Made by a program: the position numbers and the translations under genes
NCBI RefSeq assembly: GCF_009914755.1
Contig: NC_060932.1
Length of the DNA stretch: 64,000 bases
Reading direction: 5' to 3' (one strand)
Source of the DNA: the human T2T-CHM13v2.0 reference genome, Homo sapiens
The notes under the pieces: model-generated
What the model was told of the DNA's origin: nothing
Seen by the model: only the letters and a program-made list of their open reading frames with translations
The model's database searches: none
Shown: positions 49,720 to 64,000 of the stretch, piece by piece
Position numbering within the stretch: the stretch's first letter is position 1
How the letters are laid out: the number at the start of each line of letters is the position of its first letter

Positions 49720-50885
49720 CTTGTTTTTCATAGTATGGTCTACCTGCTACTCACTCCTGTCCTCTCTTGCATTGCCAAAAACATTGTTCCAGAAGTCATC
49801 CCTCTCTCCCAGAATTGTCCATTTTTCCCTACCACTGGATCATTGCCATCAGCATCAACCCTTTTGATTTTTTCTGTGACTCCCAAATCCTTTCTCTATC
49901 TCCCCATTCTCCCTATGGCTCTCGTACCATTTCACCTCTCCTTTCAGAACTCCTTTTAAACATTTTCTATACTGCTATCTCCAATTACTGTCCCCACTTT
50001 CTCAGTTTAACCAGTCAGGCTTTTGTCCCATTGGTTGTCAAAACTGCTCCTGTCAGGGTTACCATTGACCATCAGGTTGCCAAATCCAAGGGTCAGTCCT
50101 CAGTCCTCAATTTGCTTGATCCATCAGCAGCATTTAGTGCAGCTCTTCACTCCATCCTTAAAAGTGCTCCCCCTGCCACCTGCCCTCCACAACATGGCTT
50201 CTAGGAAAATGCACACTCTGGCTTTCCTCCTAGTTAACTGGTCCCTTTTTCTGAGTCCCTGTGCTGGTTCTTCATCTCTCTGGCTTCTTGACATTGGAAT
50301 ACTAGGGGTTCAGAATTTGGAATGCTTTTCTTTTCTCTCTCTACTCTTTTGGTGAATTCATCCAGTCTTGTGGCTTTAAAAATCATTTATATCCTAATGA
50401 CTTCCAAACTTCAATTTTCAGTCCACGACTCTTCCCTCAAATGTAGATTTCTGTCTGCATGACATTTCTACTTGGATGTGTAACATACATCTCAAACTTA
50501 GCATGTCCCCAAACGAATTTCTGATTTTATTCCCTAAACCTCTCCCTGAAGTCTACCCCCCATCTCAATGCTATCCTTCCAGTGGCACAGGCTTACTTAA
50601 TGAGTCTTGGACTCATGCTTTACTCCACGCTACCACTTTTTTTCTTTTTTTTTTAATTTGAGATAGGGTCTTGCTATGTTGCAGTCTGACCACTGTTCAC
50701 TTATTTCCACTGCCGTTATTATGGTGTGTCTAACTCATCATCATCTCTCTTCTGGGTTATTGCAGTAACCTTTTAATTGGGCTCCTTGCTTCTACCTGTT
50801 TAAAAATGACACCAACACCTCATTCCCACGCACGCCCTATCCTTCTTCCTTGCTTTGCTTTTCTCTAAACCATTTACTACCTCTT
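49720..50885 (+). mobile_element. L2 LINE fragment
   Basis: 'gttgccaaatccaagggtcagtcctcagtcctc...catcagcagcattt', 'catctcaaacttagcatgtcc'. Confidence 0.75.
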
Positions 50886-50909
50886 AATACGGACACAAAA
50901 ATATACATT

Positions 50910-53900
50910 TTATCACCTTTATTGAGGTGTAGTTTATATATAACTCAATACACCCACTTTAAGTGTGCATTTTGATGAGTTTGACAAATTTATACACATG
51001 CAACTGCTATCACAATCAAAGCATAGAACATTTCCCATTCTGTCAAAAAGTTTCCTCTTATCCCTTTCTTTGCAGTAAATTATCTCCCCATCCCTGGCTC
51101 CAGGTAACAACTGATGTGATTTTTAACAATGGGAGTGGGAGTGAAAGGACATGTTTTACGTTAATGGGAATGATCTAGCAGAAAAGAAAAATAGATGATG
51201 CAGATCACAATGAACTTTCCTTTTCTAGAATTTCATATAAATGGAATCATTACATAGGTACTCTTTTACATCTGGTGTCTCATTCAGCATAATGTTTGTG
51301 AGATTCATCCATGATGTTGCATGTACTGGTATTTCACTCCTTTTAACTTTGTGAGTAGTATTCCATTTTAAGGATGTATACAACTTGTTTATTAATTCAC
51401 CAGTCAATGGCCATTTGGGTAGTTTCCACATTGGGACTCATGAATAAAGCTAAATAAATATGAATAAAACATTTATGTACAAATCTTTGCATGGATATGT
51501 TTTCATTTGTCTTGGGTAAATACCTAGAATTGCTGGGCCATAGGGTAGCATTTAATTTCATAGGAGACTGCCAACTGTTTTCCACAGTGGTTGTACCATT
51601 TTACATTCCCTCTAGCAATGTACGCAGTTTCTAGTTGCTCTGCAACCTCCATATCACTGCCATTTTTAGCTTATTATTATTTTTTTAATTTTCAATAGGG
51701 TTTTGGGAAACAGGTGGTGTTTGGTTACATGGATAAGTTCTTCAGTGATGATTTCTGAGACTTTGGTGCACCCATCACCCAAGCAGTGTACACTGTACTC
51801 AGTGTGTAGTCTTTTATCCCTCACCCCCCTCCCACCATTTCCCCCGAGTCCCCAATGTCTATTGTATCATTCTTTTTTTTGCTTTTTGAGACCGTGTCTC
51901 ACGCTATGGTCCAGGCTGGAGTGCAGTGGCACGATCTTGGCCCACTGCAACCTCCGTCTCCCTGGTTCATGTGATTCTCCTGCCTCAGCCTCCTGAGTAG
52001 CTGGGATTACAGGCACCTGCCACCATACCTATACATATACGGCTAATTTTTATATTTTTAGTAGAGATGGGGTTTTACCATGTTGGCCAGGCTAGTCTCG
52101 AACTCCTGACCTCAAGTGATCCACCCGCCTACTCCTCCCAAAGTGCTGGGATTACAGGCGTGAGCCACCGCACCCGGCCCCATTGTATCATTCTTATGCC
52201 TTTGCGTCCTCATAGCTTAACTCCCACTTATGAGTGAGAACATACAATGTTTGATTTTCCATTCCTGAGTTACTTCACTTAGAATAATGGTCTCCAATTC
52301 CATTTATATTGCTGCAAATGCCATTATTTCATTCCTTTTTATGGCTGAGTAGTATTCTGTGGTATTTATTTACCACATTTTCTTTATCCATTTGTTGATT
52401 GATGAGCATTTGTGCTGGCTTCATATTTTTTGCAATTGTCAATTGTGCTGCAATAAACATGTGTGTGCAAGTATCTTTTTGTATAAGGACTTCGTTTCTT
52501 CTGGGTAGACATCCAGAAATGGGATGGCTGGATCAAATGGTAGTTCTACTTTTAGTTCTTTAAGGAATCTCCATGCTGTTTTCCACAGTGGCTGTACTAG
52601 TTCACATTCCTACCAGCAGTGTAAAAGTGCTCCCTTTTCACCACATCCATGCCAACATATGTATTTTTTATTTTTTTGATTATGGCCATATTTGCAGGAA
52701 TTAGGTGGTATCACATTGTAGTTTTGATTTGCATTTCCCTCATAATTAGTGATGTTGAGCATTTTTTCATATCTTTATTGGCCTTTTGCATATCTTCTTC
52801 TGAGAATTTTCTATTCATGTCCTTAGCCCACTTTTTGATGAGATTTTTTTTTTTTCTTGCTGATTTGTTTGAGTTCCTTGTAGATTCTGGATATTAGTCC
52901 TTTGTCGGATGTACAGATTGTGAAGATTTTCTCCCACTCTGTGGGTTGTCTGTTTACTCTGCTGATTATTTCTTTTGCTGTGCAGAAGCTTTTTCGTTTA
53001 ATTAAGTCCCATCTATTTATTTTTGTTTTTGTTGTGTTTGCTTTGGGTTCTTGGTCATGAAGTCTTTGCCTAAGCCAATGTCTAGAAGGGGTTTTCCAGT
53101 GTTAACTCCTAGAATTTGTATGGTTTCAGGTCTTAGATTTAAGTCTTTGATCCATCTTGAGTTGATTTTTGTATAAGGTGAGAGATGAGGATCCAGTTTC
53201 ATTCTCCTACATGTGGCTTGCCACTTATCCCAGCACCATTTGTTGAATAGGGTATCCTTTCCCCACTATATGTTTTTGTTTGTTTGGACAAAATCATTTG
53301 ACTGTAAGTATTTGGCTTTATTTCTGGCTTCTCTATTCTGGTCCATTGGTCTATATGCTTGTTTTTATACCAGTACCATACTCTTCGGGTGACTGTGGCC
53401 TTATAGTAGAGTTTGAAGTTGGTTAATGTAATGCCTCCAGATTTGTTCTTTCTGGTTAGTCTTGCTTTGGCTATGCAGGCTCTTTTTTGGTTCCATATGA
53501 ATTTTAGGATTGCTTTTTCTAGTTCTGTGAAGAAAGATGGTAGTATTTTGATGAGAATTGCATTGAATTTGTAGACCGCTTTTGGCAGTATGGTCATTTT
53601 CACGATATTGATTCTACCCATCCGTGAGCATGGGATGTGTTTCCATTTGTTTGGGTCATCTATGATTTCTTTCAGCAGTGTTTTGTAGTTTTCCTTGCAG
53701 AGATCTTTCACCTCCTTGGCTAAGTATGTTCCTAATTTTTTGTAGCTATTGTAAAAGGGGTTGAATTCTTGACTTGATTCTCAGCTTGATTGCTGTTGGT
53801 GTGTGGCAGGGCTACTGATTTGTTCACATTAATTTTGTATTCTAAAAGTTTGCTGAATTCATTTACCAGTTCTAGGAGCCTTTTGGATGAGTCTTTAGGG

Positions 53901-54330
53901 TTTTTAGCTATTCTAGTGGGTGTGTAGTGGTATCTCATTGTGGTTTTAATTTGCCTTTTCCTATGACGAAAGATATTAACAGTCTTTTCATGTGCTTACA
54001 AGTCATCCATATATCTTTGTTGATAAAATATCAGTTTAACTTTCTCCACAAATCTTTAATTGCATTATTGTTTTTCTGTTGAGTTGTAAGAGTTCTTTAT
54101 ATATTCTGGACACAAGTCCTTCATCAGATATTTGTATTACATATATGTTCCCCCTATATGTAGATTGCTTTTCATTTGCTTAATGGCATCTTTTGAAGAA
54201 CATACATTTAAAAATTTTTGAGGAAGTCCAAATTATCAATTTTTTCTTTTATTATTTGAACTTTAACTTTCTGTGTCCTAAGACATCTTTGCTTACCTCA
54301 AAGTTGTGAAGATTTTCTCCCATAACATAA
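50910..54330 (-). mobile_element. Old L1M element split by a younger L1PB insertion
   Basis: L1M 3' sequence at 50910-51670 resumes at ~53903; 'tttttagct' flanks the inner element. Confidence 0.75.
51672..53900 (-). mobile_element. L1PB 3' ~2 kb fragment with decayed ORF2; AluS inserted at 51873-52179
   Basis: ORFs 53199-53711 and 53017-53202 are L1 ORF2 peptides ([18 protein letters not shown]; [22 protein letters not shown]); L1PB-type 3'UTR. Confidence 0.9.
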
Positions 54331-54494
54331 CGTATATTTTGCTTATTTTATTTTGTATCCCACAAAATGAAAAATGCAACAAAATGCTAGAGGAAATGAA
54401 TAGAACCCAACCGGTTATGTCCACATTTTCCAACTTATAGCTTAAATAATCTGTATTTTCTTCATTTGCTGATGTGTTTCTATAGAGAGACAAT

Positions 54495-54650
54495 ATAGCA
54501 TAGTGGTAGAGTAAAGACATGCAAAACAGACAGACGTGGGGCTGAAATCTGCAGCCTATGCATAGCGCCCTTGATTGGGAAAGTCCCTTAACCTCTCTGA
54601 GCCTCTTTCTTCTTAAGCAAAATGGAAACAATGATGAGTTTATGACACAA
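54495..54650 (+). mobile_element. MIR
   Basis: 'atagcatagtggtagag...gggaaagtcccttaacctctctgagcctc'. Confidence 0.7.
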
Positions 54651-56205
54651 AGCCTGTGTCCCAATCCTGAGCAAATGGATAGGGTTTAATGAATTTTAGA
54701 TGCTATTATTATTATTATTGTAAATTCGAAGCTACCAGTGCCAAGTTGGATATAGTGAATAGTATTTATAAAATAGTCAGAAGTTAGAACTATTGCTATG
54801 ATTATTATTAAATTATTACAGGAGCATCTCCCAAATAGTAATGAGCCACACATTTCACAGTTGGCAGTATGTTTTCCTAACAAAAATTTGGGGGTGTTTG
54901 TAATTTGTTATAGCCATATGTCAACAGATTTCTTCCAAACGTCTAAGAATAGAATAACTTCAAATTATTTTGACCACAAAAGGACCATCTAAAAATGTTT
55001 CTTGGCTGATGCTACTTCTGTTTCACAAAGTCAGGTCTGGAAGAGGTTTTGTAAGTTTAAGGCATTTGTAGCAATTGCTTGTTTGTTTTCTTCTCGTCCT
55101 TGACCATGATAGCCACTTATCAGTCATGTGCTACGTCTTAGGACAGAATCGAGATTTACCTGCCGTCTTTCTTTTCCACTCACCTTCCTGGTAACATCTA
55201 TATTAATAGAAATTTTGTAATTTCTGGCTCAGAGAACTTTCAGGCAAGTTCATGGGATAACTATTCCTCCCACATTATTTGTATGTTGGTTTATAACTGA
55301 GTTAACTTGTCATGTTTAGAATGCTGGACTAAATATGTAATAAACAATCTGAGCTCAATCATCAGTTGCTTTTAGTATACATATGTTAAACCAGCCACTC
55401 AAAAAGGGCAGCTTTTGGTTCCTTCCGATAATTGCTAAGCTGTATGCACAAAAGTCTCATGATGTATTCTGTGGTGACTTTCCTGGAGGAAGTAAACACA
55501 GTATAACCTGAGTTAGATGTAACTAGGTTGTGGTGACTTAGGGGCTTCTGCTGTTTGTATGATTTGAAACCTGCACTGCTGGGGCAGCAGAGCTCATTCT
55601 CCAGTGAAACATCCTGAAAGCATGAAATGACTCACCCTTCGCACTCTCACTGATCTATTGGCTTCTATTCAAACCACATGAGACATATACAGCTTGGTTT
55701 TGATGATTTGTCATATAGTTAAGTAGAATTTAGCAAATGTTTATTTGCTTCCTTACCCCTGAATTATATACGCTCGCTCCATCTTTCCTTGGGGCATACT
55801 GTTCCTTCTTCAGAGATAGGAAAGCTGGTTCTTGACATAACAGAACTATTCCGCTTTCTGAACACACTTCCAATTGCACAGAATGTCTATTGGTGTCAAC
55901 GCATGCTTCCTTCTGTTTCTCTGCTTCTTTTGGGATTTGCAAGAGGCTGTTCCTGGGGACACTGGACCGGGGCATAGGTGTGTCTAGTGAAGCTCTCAGA
56001 GTTACGACCAGTGGGGCAGAGGAAACTTCTTCTGGCCCAAACATGTGCTACATTTCCTAAGCATGGGCATGGTGCTGGTGGTGGGTACGGGGTTCTGCTG
56101 AAGCCTGTTGCTCTTGATGAATTAAAGCATGGTTTTATTCTACAGTAAAGATGAGTGCGTGCTCCTGTGAGGGTGGTCGCTTTAGGTTATCAGTTTACAC
56201 ATATA

Positions 56206-56478
56206 TTTTAAGACATAGTCTTACTCTATTGCCCAGGCTGGAGTGCAGTGGTGCAATCATGGCTCCCCGTAGCCTCAACCTCTGGGCTCAAGTGATCATC
56301 TCACCTCAGCTCCTGAATAGCTGGAATTGCAGGTATGCGCCACCACGCCTGGCTAATTTTTGTATTTTTTGTAACCGTGGGGTCTTGCTGTGTTGCCCAG
56401 GCTGCTCCTGGCCTCAAGCAATCCTCTTGTCTCAGCCTCCCAAAGTGCTAGGATTACAGGCATAGGCCACAGTGCCCT
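56206..56478 (-). mobile_element. AluJ
   Basis: Diverged dimer. Confidence 0.85.
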
Positions 56479-56684
56479 GAGAGTTTTATACACTTTAATG
56501 TGAATAGGTTCCTGTTTCCTGTGTACTGATATTTATAGGAGAGGAGATACAGGAGGGAGGCAGAACCAAATGGAAGAGAAGAGCGCTGAGTATGTGAGGT
56601 GGGCAAGGAGGGAGTGGGGAGGGCCATGCTGAAAGACAAGAAAGGCGGAAGAGTGCCAAATTGCAAATCTTCACACTTCCCAGT

Positions 56685-56983
<299 letters not shown>

Positions 56984-57053
56984 TCCTCAGGTTTTCTGTG
57001 ATCATGGAAGTGGAATGCAGAGGACTTTGTGATTACTCGCAGACAGCCTAAAG

Positions 57054-57238
57054 CAGTGGTCCTCAGCTTCTACAGTACATTAGCATCACCCAGAAGGTTC
57101 TCAAACTACTGAAGCCTAGGCCCCACTTCTTATCTCTAGCCAGGCAGATTTAATTGATCTGGGGTGGGGCCCAGGGAGCAGTATTTTTGTAAAATCTCCC
57201 ACTGTTTCTCAAAGGTAGTCAGGGTTGAGAAGCCCCGC
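57054..57238. mobile_element. MER5A-like MITE
   Basis: 'cagtggtcctcagctt...gcatcaccc...ctggggtggggcccaggg...agggttgagaagcc'. Confidence 0.7.
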
Positions 57239-57745
57239 TTAAAGGAAGCTTTAGGAGTCCCCAAGAGTGGGGATCCCCACTTTGGTATCTTCTCTTATGG
57301 AGCCTGGGGAAGTCCTAAGGACTGTTCAGCAATGGAAGAAATCCCCACTTTTATTTTATGGGAAGAGGAAGAGGACGTGGGTCAGTCATCACCCTGGAAA
57401 CTCCCTGGCCCTCAGGACTCTCCCTGCTCTCTTTACTGGCTACAGAATGCCTTCCTAAAAAAGGTGCGGCCTGATGTTTATGCCCATTCTTTCACTTTTT
57501 TTCAGGACAAAATTCCATTGGAGATATTTACAATTAACCGTTTCTCAAATTAGATTTCAGACAAGTTGGTATGGTCGTAACATGATTTTCCAGTTTGGCT
57601 TGGATTCAGACCTACTTCCCCAGTAGCAAGGAAAGCCTATGGGGTTTTATGGAACATTTCTTAAACATAATTATAATGCAATTTACAACTGCCATAGGTG
57701 TGGACAAAATATGTAATAATCTACTTTAAAATCAGATTAATGATT

Positions 57746-58053
57746 CTTTTTTTTTTTTTTTTTTTTTTTTTTGAGACAGAGTCTTGCTTTGTTGCCCAGG
57801 CCGGACTGCAGTGGCGCTATCTCGGCTCACTGCAAGCACCGCCTCCCGGGTTCATGCCATTCTCCTGCCTCAGCCTCCTGAGTAGCTGGGACTACAGGCA
57901 CCCGCCACCGTGCCCGGCTAATTTTTTGTATTTTTAGTAGAGATGGGGTTTCACCGTGTTAGCCAAGATGGTCTTGATCTCCTGACCTCGTGATCCGCCT
58001 GCCTCGGCCTCCCAAAGTGCTGGGATTACAGGCGTGAGCCACCTCACCTGGCC
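57746..58053 (-). mobile_element. Young AluY-class element
   Basis: AluY diagnostics plus 'ccggactgcagtggcgctatc' and 'gttagccaagatgg'; TSD cagattaatgat. Confidence 0.9.
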
Positions 58054-58126
58054 CAGATTAATGATCCTAAACTTCTAGATTAAAACTGGGGGAAAAAAAA
58101 AAACCAAAACAAAACCTCTTATCTCA

Positions 58127-58488
<362 letters not shown>

Positions 58489-58678
58489 CTATTCTGGCAT
58501 AGTGAAACATAAGTTTCAGTTTTCTCATCTGAAAAATAGGACTGCAAATATCTGCCTTTTCTGTTAAAGATTTGTTTATGAAGATTGAGTTAGATGATTC
58601 AGGTGAGTGCATGTTAGAAATTGTAAATTAAGGGGAAGGAGGTGTGGAGGGAAGTTGTGGCCCTCTTTGTATTTACAG

Positions 58679-60445
<1,767 letters not shown>

Positions 60446-60608
60446 GAATGTGTATTGAAAACAAATCACTTTATTTAGCTAGTTCTTAATTTCAGGAAGT
60501 CATGGAAAATGAAAATGTGTATATTAGCTCACCCACATGTCAATCAAGATTTGCTAAAAAGATCTTACTTTCTTAGATATTTTTAAGTTTTTTAAAGAAA
60601 GCTTTTCA

Positions 60609-60892
<284 letters not shown>

Positions 60893-60994
60893 CACATATA
60901 TATGTATTTTAATATATATATTTATTAATATTATATATTTACTTATATATTTAAAAATAAAAACTAAAACTTTTTGAAGGTTTTGGACATTTCA

Positions 60995-61119
60995 TTTTTT
61001 TTTTTTTTTGAGATGAAGTTTCGCTCTTGTTGCCCATGCTGGAGTACAGTGGCACCATCTCGGCTCACTGCAACCTCCCAAAGTTCTGAGGTTACAGGCG
61101 TGAGCCACCGTACCCGGCC
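60995..61119 (-). mobile_element. Internally deleted Alu
   Basis: Both Alu ends joined at 'cctccc'; TSD catttcat. Confidence 0.82.
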
Positions 61120-61596
61120 CATTTCATCTTATTTTATCCTTATATCCACTTAATAGTATAATCGAACCCCAACTTCAGCAATTTTCAGCAATAGACTGTC
61201 TTGTTTCTTCTATTCAAATTATTCTCACCCTCTCTAACCCCCACGCTATTTTGGAACACATTCCAGACATTTTATCATTTTATTCATAAGTAATTCACTT
61301 TTAAAACATGTTTTGAGATAAATGGTAGTAGTTTCAACAATAGCAAATATAAAGGCTGAGACCCCTTGGCACCCTGCACAAGGTTACATAGCTTTTTCGT
61401 AAATGAATTTGGACTTGAAACAAGCTTTTTAGACTTTATTAGAAATAGGCAACACTTCTTTAACGTTCATTTAAAAAAATCATGTCTCATGGGTAAATGT
61501 TTTGCTAAAAAAAATTACCAAATATGTATTATTTAGGGTTGGTTCTTTAGGATTAGGGAATAAATAAGTTGTAAGAATGAGTCAAAAAACGGACAG

Positions 61597-62565
<969 letters not shown>

Positions 62566-62702
62566 TTACAGTCTGGAATTTCATGAAGAGAATTAGTTGA
62601 CATTTTGCAGAGATGAGGCAAAAGATTCCAATGGGTAAAATAATTAAGAACTTGTTTTAAAAGGGTTGAGAATTTAAATGAGTTCTATAAAGATGTATTT
62701 AA

Positions 62703-62988
62703 TTTTATTTATTTTTTTGAGACAGGGTCTCATTGTGTCACCCAGGCTGGGGTGCAGTGGTGCGAACATGGCTCACTGCAGCCTTGTTCTCCTGGGCTCA
62801 AGCGATCTTCCCACCTCAGCCTCTTGAGTAGTTGAGAGTACAGGCACGTGCCACTACACCAGGCTATTTATTTTTTATTTTTTTGTAGAGACAGGGTTTT
62901 GCCATGTTGCCCAGGCTGGTCTTCAACTCCTGGGCTCAAGCAATCCACCCCAAACTGTTGGGATTACAGGTGTGCGCCACTGGGCCTG
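62703..62988 (-). mobile_element. AluJ
   Basis: Dimer. Confidence 0.87.
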
Positions 62989-63304
62989 GACGTTTTATTT
63001 TCTACTTTCCCAGTATTCTGTGACAGTGTTACTAATATTGATGATATTAAAGGTGAGAAAGTGATGACAACGTCTAAGTGTCCAGATTGGTTAAACTCAT
63101 TTTGGAGCCAGTAGAATAGAACGATGGTCTCCATGGAGCAATGATTCTGGGCTGAAACAGACATGACAAAATATAATTATACATAGAACACATAAGATAC
63201 AAAAGAAAAGTTCATATTAGGGAAAAACAAACCCAATAGTGTTTAATTCAGTAGTTTCCTTTAAAACTCAGTTGAAAGAGACAGAGAAAGAGAGAGAGAG
63301 AAAA

Positions 63305-63305
<1 letters not shown>

Positions 63306-63341
<36 letters not shown>

Positions 63342-63353
63342 CGCATATGTGTG
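63306..63353. repeat. (TG)n-(CG)n alternating purine-pyrimidine tract
   Basis: Directly visible. Confidence 0.92.
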
Positions 63354-63679
63354 GTTGTCTAGCCATTAGCAGTAGCAAGCAAATTAGCATAAATTACAGT
63401 TGTAGAACTCAAGGTCACATAGGCTAGTGTCACTCATGGATATAATAGTCAACAAAGGTCATGGTGCCAGCACAAGCAACTCTGATGGGGTACCAAAGAA
63501 AGCTTCCAGGCAGTAGTTACTATGCCAGAGTTCTCCTGAACACTGGGGTCTTTTAGATTCCATATCAGCTCAGAGTTACTATATTGGTTCTATTTTCTTT
63601 TCCCAGGTAGAAATATAGGCATGAAAGACCTTGATTGCTTAGACTGTTGGGCCAAACTCCCACAGATCCTGATTTTTAA

Positions 63680-63848
63680 ATATTATTTATTTATTTTATT
63701 TTAAAAATTTAAAAGGTTTTTGTGGGTACATAGTAAGGGTATATATTCATGAGGTACATGAGATGTTTTGATACAGGCATGCAATGTGAAATAAGCACAT
63801 CTTGGAGAATAGGGTATCCATCCCCTCAAGCATTTATCCTTTGAGTTA
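63680..63848 (-). mobile_element. L1MA 3' end fragment
   Basis: 'tgtgggtacatagta...gttttgatacaggcatgcaatgtg...tatccatcccctcaagcatttatcc'. Confidence 0.85.
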
Positions 63849-64000
63849 AATAGCGTGGAGCCTAGTCAGTGGTATGTTTTTACATGTTCCTCAAGTGATT
63901 CGAAGTTGTGGCTAGGGTTGAGAATTGCCGACTTAGATGAAGAGAAGCTCTCCCTGACTGGAGCTCTTCTCAGGCATGAGGAATTGTCTTCCTGTACTAG

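Noticed and set aside
53017-53938. Minus-strand ORFs of 61-170 aa
   Set aside because: Frameshifted fragments of L1 ORF2 in a truncated L1PB.
58603-58678. Apparent 76-nt intron (ag|gtgagt ... tttacag|) ahead of the ARL6IP6 copy
   Set aside because: The donor lies in a MIR-like segment and may be chance; no upstream coding exon is visible.

Overview
Primate (probably ape/human) non-coding genomic DNA, very dense in repeats: about 70 Alu pieces, L1/L2/MIR fragments, a truncated LTR8/MER4-group ERV, MLT1/LTR16 LTRs and Tigger3, MER1, MER30, MER20 and MER5 DNA transposons. I find no intact protein-coding gene, tRNA/rRNA or CRISPR array; most ORFs in the track are Alu/L1 read-throughs. There are three retrocopies: a full-length RPS5 processed pseudogene (8356-9160, +), a partial ARL6IP6 processed pseudogene (from about 58679, +), and a ~700 bp TSD-flanked insert (15361-16057, -) inside the ERV that resembles the 5' part of the lncRNA OIP5-AS1/Cyrano, the most notable item. 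A repeat-free island at about 38.1-40.7 kb with clustered TGACA and TAAT motifs looks like a developmental enhancer. All family and gene assignments are from recall, not database searches. I see no evidence for a novel multi-gene system.
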